A stretch of 64,000 nucleotides of DNA from Candidatus Latescibacterota bacterium (lineage in GTDB: Bacteria > Latescibacterota > UBA2968): the NCBI GenBank assembly GCA_965208125.1, contig OZ242320.1, forward strand, positions 3,264,001 through 3,328,000. The letters run 5' to 3'. Within the stretch, counting starts at the first letter, position 1. Each line of letters begins with the position of its first letter. Below, in pieces: positions 21,401 to 29,076 of the stretch. The notes under the pieces were generated by a model, which saw only the letters and a program-made list of their open reading frames with translations, searched no databases and had not been told where the DNA came from. A program made the translations under genes and the position numbers.

Positions 21401-22781
21401 AATTCTGATTGTGGATGACGACTCTGCGGCGCGGTACGGGTTGAAGCGGGCACTTGCGGCACTGGGATGTGAGATTGTCGAAGCAGAGGACGGCGAGGCG
21501 GCACTGGCGGCTGTGGCACAGAGCAATCCCGATTTGTTGATTTGCGATATCCAGATGCCAAAGATGGACGGGTTGACGCTGGTGAAGCGATTGGCTGATC
21601 AGGGGGATGCGCGGCCTGTTATTGTGATTACAGCTTATGGGTCGGAGCGGGTTGCTGTGGAGGCGATGAAGGCGGGGGCTTACGATTATTTGAGCAAGCC
21701 CTACGATGTGGATGAGTTGCGCTGTCTGGTGGAGAATGTGCTGGAGACGGTGCGGTTGCGGCGGGAGAATGAGACGCTTCGCAACGAGATTCGGCAACAG
21801 TCGGGGTTTGGGTTGCTGATTGGTCGCAGCCGCGCGATGGAGGGGATCTATGATTTGATCGGGAAGGTGGCTGCGACAGATGCGGGGGTGCTGATTAGCG
21901 GGGAGAGTGGTACGGGTAAGGAGTTGGTCGCGCGGGCGATTCACGAGCAGAGCGGGCGAAAGGCGCGGCCTTTTGTCGCGGTGAATGCAGCGGCGCTGCC
22001 GACAGAGTTGATCGAGAGCGAGTTGTTCGGGCATGAGCGGGGTGCGTTTACCGGGGCGACTGCGCGGCGGCAGGGCAAGTTTGAGCTTGCGGATGGTGGG
22101 ACGCTGTTTTTGGACGAGATCGGCGATATGCATATCGAGACGCAGGCGAAGTTGTTGCGCGTGCTGGAGGAGCAACAGTTTGAGCGGCTGGGCGGTTCGG
22201 AGACGGTGACAGTGGATGTTCGGATTATCAGTGCGACGAATAAGGATTTGCCAGCGGAGATAGTGGAAGGGCGGTTTCGGGAGGATCTTTTTTATCGCTT
22301 GAAGGTGGTGGATATTTTTTTGCCGCCGTTGCGGGATCGGCGCGAGGATATTCCGCTGCTCGTTCAGCATTTTTTGGCGCGTTTTAATGATCAGCACGGC
22401 AAGGCGATGACAGATGTCCCGCCGGATGTGATGAAGATGCTGATGGTGTATGGCTGGCCGGGCAATATCCGAGAGTTGATGCACGCGGTTGAGCGGGCGG
22501 TTATTTTTTCGGATGGGTCCGAGTTGCGTCGCGATTTGCTTCCCCAGGAGGTTCGGGGCGTTGAGTCTGTGGAGGGCCCTGAGTCTGTCTGGCGGGATGG
22601 GGTGTTTTTTCAGGATGCGAAGCAGGAGGTTGTGCAGTCTTTTGAGGTTGCGTTTATTCGAGCCGCATTGGAATACTACGAAGGTAATATTAGCCGTACA
22701 GCACCGGCTATTGGTATGAAACGGCAGGCGCTGCAACAGAAGTTGAAGGAGCACGGGATTGATCCCGGGATTTATCGTTAG
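21387..22781 (+). CDS. Sigma54-dependent response regulator (NtrC/PrsR-like)
   Basis: REC domain (VDDD, DIQMP), GESGTGKE, GAFTGA, FLDEIG, WPGNIREL and Fis-type HTH. Confidence 0.92.
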   Translation: MMQYKILIVDDDSAARYGLKRALAALGCEIVEAEDGEAALAAVAQSNPDLLICDIQMPKMDGLTLVKRLADQGDARPVIVITAYGSERVAVEAMKAGAYDYLSKPYDVDELRCLVENVLETVRLRRENETLRNEIRQQSGFGLLIGRSRAMEGIYDLIGKVAATDAGVLISGESGTGKELVARAIHEQSGRKARPFVAVNAAALPTELIESELFGHERGAFTGATARRQGKFELADGGTLFLDEIGDMHIETQAKLLRVLEEQQFERLGGSETVTVDVRIISATNKDLPAEIVEGRFREDLFYRLKVVDIFLPPLRDRREDIPLLVQHFLARFNDQHGKAMTDVPPDVMKMLMVYGWPGNIRELMHAVERAVIFSDGSELRRDLLPQEVRGVESVEGPESVWRDGVFFQDAKQEVVQSFEVAFIRAALEYYEGNISRTAPAIGMKRQALQQKLKEHGIDPGIYR

Positions 22782-22790
22782 GACGAATAC

Positions 22791-22855
22791 GGGCGGGCAC
22801 AGGGGCACCGCCCCTACAACTGAACTATGTAGGGACAACCCCCTGTGGTTGTCCT
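22791..22855. repeat. Pair of GTAG-type REP palindromes in opposite orientation
   Basis: Reverse-strand GTAGGGGCGGTGCCCCTGTGCCCGCCC (22791-22817) and forward GTAGGGACAACCCCCTGTGGTTGTCCT (22829-22855). Confidence 0.7.
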
Positions 22856-22898
22856 TGCGTCGATAAACTGCTAATAAAATTTACAATCTGTTTAACAG

Positions 22899-22933
22899 AT
22901 CCGGAGATACACATTGTGTCTCCGGATTTTTTT
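22899..22933 (+). terminator. Intrinsic terminator after the two-component operon
   Basis: ATCCGGAGATAC-loop-GTGTCTCCGGAT followed by a T-run. Confidence 0.75.
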
Positions 22934-22943
22934 GTGTCTGCCG

Positions 22944-22981
22944 TGCAGTACTCAGTTTGCAGGTGCAATATTGAGTTTGCA
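22944..22981. promoter_or_regulatory. Candidate upstream activator sequence: two tandem TGCA-N10-TGCA boxes
   Basis: TGCAgtactcagttTGCA (22944-22961) and TGCAatattgagttTGCA (22964-22981), 20-bp period, upstream of the sigma54 site. Confidence 0.6.
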
Positions 22982-23045
22982 CTAATTGGGCGATTTTGGG
23001 GGTGGATAACAGGGAAAATGGCCTTTTTCGAGGGTAAAATGGTTT

Positions 23046-23061
23046 TGGCACGGGATTTGCA
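23046..23061 (+). promoter_or_regulatory. Sigma54 -24/-12 promoter
   Basis: TGGCACGGGATTTGCA matches the consensus TGGCACG-N4-TTGCW exactly. Confidence 0.85.
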
Positions 23062-23116
23062 TATGACGTGTTGTGACCGCGAAGTTTGAGATGTGAACTT
23101 TTAGAAGGAGGCTGAG

Positions 23117-23764
23117 ATGTCAACGCTTACATCGACGTTTGCGACCGCGTTTCCAGGTCAGGTTGCCAATTTGATTACCGCGGGCCGGGTGGTTCTGCTG
23201 TTTCTGGCGACGGCTTTTGCCGTGTCTGGAGATGCGATGCTGGCGTGGGTTGCGGTGCCGCTCGCTTTTGTTGCGCTGGTGATGGATTGGCTGGATGGGT
23301 ATCTCGCGCGGCGGTTGGGTTGCGAGAGCAAGGTCGGGGGGTTGCTGGATATTGTTGGGGATCGGATTGCGGAGAATGTGTGGTGGGTGGTGTTTGCGTG
23401 GTTGCATGTCATTCCGCTATGGGTGCCGATTGTGGTGCTCAGCAGGGGGTTTGTGACGGATGCGATTCGCAGTTGTGCCCTGACCAAAGGATTCACGGCG
23501 TTTGGCGAGTCAACGATGATGAAGTCGCGGATTGGGTTCGCGCTGGTTGCCTCGCGCGTGAGCCGGGCGACGTACGGGACTTCCAAGGTGGTCGCGTTTG
23601 TGCTGTTGTTCAGCCTGAATGCGGCGCAGGAGATGTCGGGTTTGACGCCCGCATTTTTATCCTGGCTCGAACTGGTTGCTGTGGCGGCGACGTATCTGAC
23701 GGTCGCGCTCTGTGTTATTCGGGCGATTCCAGTGGTTACGGCTGCGAAACGGGTTGTTGTTTAA
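23117..23764 (+). CDS. CDP-alcohol phosphatidyltransferase family protein
   Basis: ANLIT..R and DWLDGYLARR...GGLLDIVGD motif. Confidence 0.9.
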   Translation: MSTLTSTFATAFPGQVANLITAGRVVLLFLATAFAVSGDAMLAWVAVPLAFVALVMDWLDGYLARRLGCESKVGGLLDIVGDRIAENVWWVVFAWLHVIPLWVPIVVLSRGFVTDAIRSCALTKGFTAFGESTMMKSRIGFALVASRVSRATYGTSKVVAFVLLFSLNAAQEMSGLTPAFLSWLELVAVAATYLTVALCVIRAIPVVTAAKRVVV

Positions 23765-23788
23765 GATCGCGATTTTCAGGAGAATAAG

Positions 23789-24793
23789 ATGAAACGGGAA
23801 ACGCATATTGTGCTTTGTCTGATAGGGTTTGCTGGCCTGGGTGTGCTTTTGTACCAGCTCAGTACCCCAGAGGTGTGGCAGCATGTTTTGATGATGGGCT
23901 GGGGCTATGTGCCGGTGATCGGCCTGTCGCTGGTGGTATTTGTTCATCAGGCGTGGATATGGCGGGCGTGCTTTGATCGCAGGGCGAAAAGGCCGCGTTT
24001 GAGGCAGTTGCTGTGGGTGCAGCTGGCTGGCGAGGCGGTGGGCAATGTGGCGCCGGCATCGCAGGTTGGCAAGGAGGTCGGCAAGGCGATTGTGCTGAGA
24101 GACAAGATGTGCGTTTCCAGTGGGGTGTCATCGCTGGTGGTCAATAAGACGGGTGAGATGATTGGTGGGGTGATTTTTGTGATAGGTGGTGTTGTGTTGG
24201 GTTTGCAGCGGTTTTCGTGGTCTGCTGAGGTGCGAGGTGCTCTGATCGCTGTTCTGGCGTTGTCTGTTCTGGGGGTTGTTTGGACGGTTTTCAGGCAGCG
24301 TCGGAGTCCCTTTGCGCGATTTTTGAATTTGATGCTGTGGTTGCGGCTCAGGTTTTTGGAGCGGTTCCGCGATCGCGCAGTGGAGATTGACGAGAATTTA
24401 GCGCAGTTTTATCGGCTGAATAGGTGGCGGTTGGTGGGTTTGCTGATGCTCCATGTGTTGGGCTGGTTTCTGGGTACGCTGGAGATCTATGTGATTCTTT
24501 ATGTGCTCGGCGAACCGATGCCGTTTGTTTGGGTGTATCTGTTCCACGCGCTGATGGTCGTGATTAACGCGGCGTTCTTTTTTGTTCCGCTCGGGATGGG
24601 CGTTTTTGAAGGTGGGCATGTGTTTCTGTTTCATTTGATGGGTTTGGATCCAAAGATGGGTTTGGCTGTGGGCATTGTTCGGCGGATTCGGAGGCTTTTC
24701 TGGATGCAGGTGGGTCTAACTTTGCTGCTGATCGGACCGCGGGGCAAGCAGGCTGATGCAGCGCCGAAAAATGATAGCCTTCAGCAGGTGTAG
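23789..24793 (+). CDS. Lysylphosphatidylglycerol synthase TM / UPF0104 flippase-like membrane protein
   Basis: Multi-TM protein with GEAVGNVAP..VGKE and PLGMGVFEG motifs. Confidence 0.75.
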   Translation: MKRETHIVLCLIGFAGLGVLLYQLSTPEVWQHVLMMGWGYVPVIGLSLVVFVHQAWIWRACFDRRAKRPRLRQLLWVQLAGEAVGNVAPASQVGKEVGKAIVLRDKMCVSSGVSSLVVNKTGEMIGGVIFVIGGVVLGLQRFSWSAEVRGALIAVLALSVLGVVWTVFRQRRSPFARFLNLMLWLRLRFLERFRDRAVEIDENLAQFYRLNRWRLVGLLMLHVLGWFLGTLEIYVILYVLGEPMPFVWVYLFHALMVVINAAFFFVPLGMGVFEGGHVFLFHLMGLDPKMGLAVGIVRRIRRLFWMQVGLTLLLIGPRGKQADAAPKNDSLQQV

Positions 24794-24828
24794 ATGTAGT
24801 GCATCATTTAACTAAAAAAGGAGAAATA

Positions 24829-25356
24829 ATGACACGCTCAATTTCTTATCTGGTCTGTGTCTTTTCGATTGTAACCTTCAGTTTTTCAGCTCAGGCGAAA
24901 AAGACTGACCTTACCAAGAGTTATGGTATTGGTCTTCAGGGCGCGACACCCACATTTGGTGGGATTAGTTTTCGCTATAACGGACTGGCTCCCGTATATC
25001 TTCAAACCGTTGGACGTTTTATTCTCAATGGTCAGTATAGCGATCATATGTTAGGTGCTGGCGTTTCGTATGCGATATTCGAGCATCAAAGCCGGTGGAA
25101 CGTTGCCCGACTTCATTTCACTCTCGAAGGCGGCTGGCAAGAGAAAAAAGAGGAGGATCTCCGTCAAGAGACTGTCAAGACCACGACGCTGGGAACTGGA
25201 CTCAGTTTTGGCGGCGAGATTGTGTTTTCACTCGGGGGGATTCCTCTGGGTTTGAATGTGGAAATCGGTCAGGGATTTGGTCGGGAAAAAACTGGCTCTC
25301 AATCTAAGGGTCTCGCTGGCGTTTATGCAGGCGGAGGTGTCCATGCCTATTTTTAG
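24829..25356 (+). CDS. Small outer-membrane beta-barrel protein
   Basis: Signal peptide ending AQA, alternating Gly/aromatic strands, C-terminal HAYF. Confidence 0.65.
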   Translation: MTRSISYLVCVFSIVTFSFSAQAKKTDLTKSYGIGLQGATPTFGGISFRYNGLAPVYLQTVGRFILNGQYSDHMLGAGVSYAIFEHQSRWNVARLHFTLEGGWQEKKEEDLRQETVKTTTLGTGLSFGGEIVFSLGGIPLGLNVEIGQGFGREKTGSQSKGLAGVYAGGGVHAYF

Positions 25357-25441
25357 ATATGGCAAAATTGCTGCCTGAGGTTGTCCAAATTATTGAAAAT
25401 AAAAAATATTTGAAAAACCGCGGGAATGATATATTTTACTT

Positions 25442-25675
25442 TTGTCAACAGTCGAGCAGGTGCCGTTATGTCGGGTATCTGCTGAATACAATAGCCGAGT
25501 ATAGACATGGACTGATCCCCCATGTCTCGGTAAATAGGTAGGACATTCCCGCATTTCTATTCCTGCGTGACTGTTGACAATGCCCGACACCCCTTTTTTG
25601 GGGTGTCGAGACACGCAGTTGTCAACTCGTCACACTGCGCCTTGCGTAGATGAGGAACGAAATGCGATTTTTTTT
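25442..25675 (+). ncRNA. Candidate structured 5' leader/attenuator with mutually exclusive stems
   Basis: 25442-25460 pairs with 25562-25580; alternatively 25550-25666 folds as a long hairpin followed by T8; extended -10-like TGATATATT at 25427-25435. Confidence 0.5.
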
Positions 25676-25698
25676 GTACGACACAAAAGGAGTAATCC

Positions 25699-26859
25699 AT
25701 GCAGGTCGAATACAACGCGAGTAAAACCATTGTCATCTTTGTCACTACAGCCTTCTTGCTCAACGCGATGGCTCCCTCACTCGCGTATGCAGCTACATAT
25801 TTGCAAGGGGCAGAGGTCAATGCCAATACGTTGGTCCGAGATGCTTATGTGCAAGTCACCTATCGCGATAGCAACGACCAGGAAAAAACGGAGAGGGGAT
25901 GGATTGATGCGATTGGTGAAACTTCGTTCACGATTCGGAGCGGCGGTGTCAAGGACAAGAAGACCATTGCCTACGATAAAGTTGTGTCCGTGATCAGGAG
26001 CGATGAATCAACCGTGCCAGCGAAGCAGATGAATGAGGTGAATCGGTTTATTAGAGAAAACATTAGCGTGCAAGAGACAGAAAACAGACCTGACCAGATT
26101 CTCGCTCAAGTGCTCAAAGGCAGTGGTATAGATGGTGATAAAGTTGGGATCGGTACTTTTGTCGAGGTGATTTATGGAAAAGGAGAGCGAGATTCCATAT
26201 CGGGAGATTGGGAAGAACAGCAAACCCTGAGAGGATATATTCAAGCTATTGATGCGAAGAGATTGATCGTTGGCGAACGGTTCAGGAAGAAGAAGATCGC
26301 CTTAGACCGCATTCAAAAGCTGACGCCTGTCAAAAACTTTAGACAATCACCAATTGAGATCGGTGCCGAAATTCTATCTGTGCGGTACGCGATCAATTAC
26401 TCCGATGATTCCGAGGCCCTCGGTGCCTTAGTCGGGGATACTGGCACACTCATTGGTATGGGAGGAGGCTTGTACGGGAGACTATTGCCATTAATCTATG
26501 TATCTGGTTTTTCTTTTTCAAGATTGACTTTTGACCTGGGTGGAGGGCTTACTTCTGCCTACTGGGATGGCGGGAATTTTACCGCTTGGGGCGCACAGGG
26601 TGGGGTCGCTTATTTCTTGACCAAGAAAACATTGAACGCTGTTTATATCAGGTCTTTCGCGACAATATTGACCCGTTCCACAGTTGGTGCGGGAATAGGT
26701 ATTGGGTATCGCCGCGTTTTCCAGAACAAGATGGCGATCAGGATTGAGCCATCATATAAGCGATGGTTTTTTAATGGACAAAGACGGAGCAATCTCATGC
26801 TCCATCTGAAGTATGGCGTCATTTTGGGTGGGAAATCCCCGTCCTCAAACTCGAAATGA
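25699..26859 (+). CDS. Exported hypothetical protein: shared leader, two small beta domains, C-terminal beta-barrel-like region
   Basis: AGGAG RBS; leader TTAFLLNAMAPSLAYAA; amphipathic strands at the C-terminus. Confidence 0.6.
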   Translation: MQVEYNASKTIVIFVTTAFLLNAMAPSLAYAATYLQGAEVNANTLVRDAYVQVTYRDSNDQEKTERGWIDAIGETSFTIRSGGVKDKKTIAYDKVVSVIRSDESTVPAKQMNEVNRFIRENISVQETENRPDQILAQVLKGSGIDGDKVGIGTFVEVIYGKGERDSISGDWEEQQTLRGYIQAIDAKRLIVGERFRKKKIALDRIQKLTPVKNFRQSPIEIGAEILSVRYAINYSDDSEALGALVGDTGTLIGMGGGLYGRLLPLIYVSGFSFSRLTFDLGGGLTSAYWDGGNFTAWGAQGGVAYFLTKKTLNAVYIRSFATILTRSTVGAGIGIGYRRVFQNKMAIRIEPSYKRWFFNGQRRSNLMLHLKYGVILGGKSPSSNSK

Positions 26860-26937
26860 TCTCGCAGGTCTGAGGGATTTTGTATTAATAGGGGTCTATG
26901 TCCTGAGTTTGTGACAAAGACCAATCACGAAAGGTAA

Positions 26938-27849
26938 ATGATTATGAGACAATATATTCTGATCGGGCTATGCACATTGTGTACCTATCTCATAGCAGGT
27001 GAAGGATTTGCCCAGGGGCATGCTCGCACCATTGCTTTGGGTGAAGTTGGTGTGGGATTGATCGGGAGTGGGCAGGCCATTCTGTACAATCCAGCAGGAC
27101 TGGCTTTTATGGAACGCAGAGAAGCCTATTTTACCTACATAGACTGGCCATCGGACACGGAGGAACACAACGTGGGTATTTCTGCAAATGTGCTGGGCAA
27201 AGGGGCATTTGGCCTTTATGCCGAGCGCAATAGCTCTAACGAGGATTATGCCATTTTCGGAGGCTATGGACAAAAAATAACGGACAGAATTGCGGTGGGG
27301 ACGACGTTTAAGCTGACTCATGACAATTATCAGACCTATTCTTCAGAACTCAGACAGCTTATTTCACAAACACAAAATAGGGTTGCCTTTGATTTGGGTG
27401 CGTATGTTATTGGGCCCCGGAATATGGCGATGTCAGTAGGTCTGAAAAATGTGAGTTCAGATAGCCTGCTTCAAAAGGATGCGCGGCTGGGGTTGCTTAT
27501 CGATATGTTCGCCTTGATAAATGCCGGGGTCGTGCCACATCATCTGGACGTTGTGTTAGACATGGAAATACCGATCAATTTTGACCGAGACAAAATACTG
27601 AGTGCAGCTATCGAATATGGGTACACGCACTACGGTGTAAATGGTTCTATTGGATTCTCGTTGCGTTTAGGTGGATTTTGGAAGGACTTAGGAGATAGAG
27701 ATTACATCTCTACGGGGTCGGCTAAGTGGGGATGTGGATTGCATTCCATGATCAAAAAGGGGCTGGGAGTAAAGATAGATTACACGCCTTATTCGAGCCG
27801 ATACGGAACTGAAACTGGACATATTTTCAGCTTGTCGTTGTTATTTTAA
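26938..27849 (+). CDS. PorV/PorQ-like (FadL-superfamily) outer-membrane barrel
   Basis: ARTIALGE...AILYNPAGLAF N-terminal motif; C-terminal HIFSLSLLF. Confidence 0.7.
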   Translation: MIMRQYILIGLCTLCTYLIAGEGFAQGHARTIALGEVGVGLIGSGQAILYNPAGLAFMERREAYFTYIDWPSDTEEHNVGISANVLGKGAFGLYAERNSSNEDYAIFGGYGQKITDRIAVGTTFKLTHDNYQTYSSELRQLISQTQNRVAFDLGAYVIGPRNMAMSVGLKNVSSDSLLQKDARLGLLIDMFALINAGVVPHHLDVVLDMEIPINFDRDKILSAAIEYGYTHYGVNGSIGFSLRLGGFWKDLGDRDYISTGSAKWGCGLHSMIKKGLGVKIDYTPYSSRYGTETGHIFSLSLLF

Positions 27850-27886
27850 GCTGTTTTAAAATTGATTTTGGGAGCGGAGATGTCTC

Positions 27887-27913
27887 GCCTGCCTGTACCT
27901 ACCTCAGGCAGGC
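27887..27913. repeat. Perfect 9-bp intergenic hairpin
   Basis: GCCTGCCTG-tacctacct-CAGGCAGGC. Confidence 0.5.
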
Positions 27914-27939
27914 ATCTGATATATGTGGAGGTGAAGTCT

Positions 27940-28863
27940 ATGCATACCGAACACAACACCCGTCAAGCCCAAGCCCTCGCCATCCTATTCACTACCGCCC
28001 TCTTGCTCAACGCGATGGCTCCCTCACTCGCGTATGCAGCTAAGCAGAGTCAAGACGTGGAACAGGCCACAAAGGAGCCTCAAGGAAAGACCGTCATGGT
28101 CATGTCCCGCGGACAGATTGATTCTTCAAAGATCACAACGGGATGGTATGCCCATATCGTCTATATATCCGAAGAGGGCTCTGAAAGAATCGCAACTGGA
28201 CAGATTATGGAAAAAGGCACAGATCATATCTTGATTAGAGTTGAGGATGAGGCATTGAAATCTTGGAAAACAATAGCATACACTGACATGGATACCCTCG
28301 TTATCGCCCAACACACACGAGATATTGAAGAATGGAAAAATGCAAGACATACTCAAAGACACGGGGAACAGCCTATGCAACAACTCTATGCAGGAGAACT
28401 CAGAGTGCGTGTTGCTGCGCCTTCAATTCGGAAGGGATGGATGGTCGGCAAGCTGATTAAAATGACACAAGACACACTTGTTGTCCGTGGAGGACTTACA
28501 CTTTATGGACGTAGATTTTATCAGGTGCCTCTTTCTTCGATCTCCAATTTCGAAGTCAGCACTGGACAGTATAGAAACACATTCGAAGGGATGAAAATCG
28601 GCATTTATATTAGTGTAGGATTTATTGCTATAATGGCAGTAGGAATGGTAGTATATGAACCAATGATTATTCTAGCACCCGACGTATTGGAAATAGCACT
28701 TTTTTCGTCCTATGTGTTGGTGCCAATTACTGCCCTTACAACTGTAATCGGTGCGATGACCAAATCCGACAAATGGTTGGCAGTGTCGCCACAACGTCTC
28801 AACCTGAGCATATCCCCCACATCCACAAAAGGGTTTCGCGCCGCGCTTACGTTTAATTTTTAA
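27940..28863 (+). CDS. Exported membrane hypothetical protein, paralogue of 33667-34620
   Basis: GGAGG RBS; shared leader; two small beta domains, hydrophobic hairpin, C-terminal LTFNF. Confidence 0.7.
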   Translation: MHTEHNTRQAQALAILFTTALLLNAMAPSLAYAAKQSQDVEQATKEPQGKTVMVMSRGQIDSSKITTGWYAHIVYISEEGSERIATGQIMEKGTDHILIRVEDEALKSWKTIAYTDMDTLVIAQHTRDIEEWKNARHTQRHGEQPMQQLYAGELRVRVAAPSIRKGWMVGKLIKMTQDTLVVRGGLTLYGRRFYQVPLSSISNFEVSTGQYRNTFEGMKIGIYISVGFIAIMAVGMVVYEPMIILAPDVLEIALFSSYVLVPITALTTVIGAMTKSDKWLAVSPQRLNLSISPTSTKGFRAALTFNF

Positions 28864-29076
28864 TGTCAGGGTCTGTTCTACAGAATATGCGGCTGAGGGT
28901 ACTCATTGATGTGATTGCGCTGACAGATATTGATCCCTTGCACTGACAGGCGCAAGGGACCATTGGTCCTTAAGTTACACCTGACGTTGATACATAAATT
29001 GCATTTATGCTTATCGTGAATAAAATCTTCCGTAATGGCGTTTTCGAAATGGTCGGAAAAAGGATGATGTGATGTC

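Noticed and set aside
15267-22838. Long antisense ORFs (501, 447 and 528 aa)
   Set aside because: They lie opposite pbpC, the kinase and the regulator, lack recognisable motifs and are explained by codon bias.
25360-25375. Second sigma54 promoter TGGCAAAATTGCTGC
   Set aside because: GG-N10-GC spacing is right, but it misses the CG and TTGC consensus positions and has no evident activator site; too weak to call.
25359-25614. Small ORFs of 60 and 74 aa in the island leader
   Set aside because: No RBS or recognisable motif; the RNA-structure explanation fits better, although a leader peptide cannot be fully excluded.
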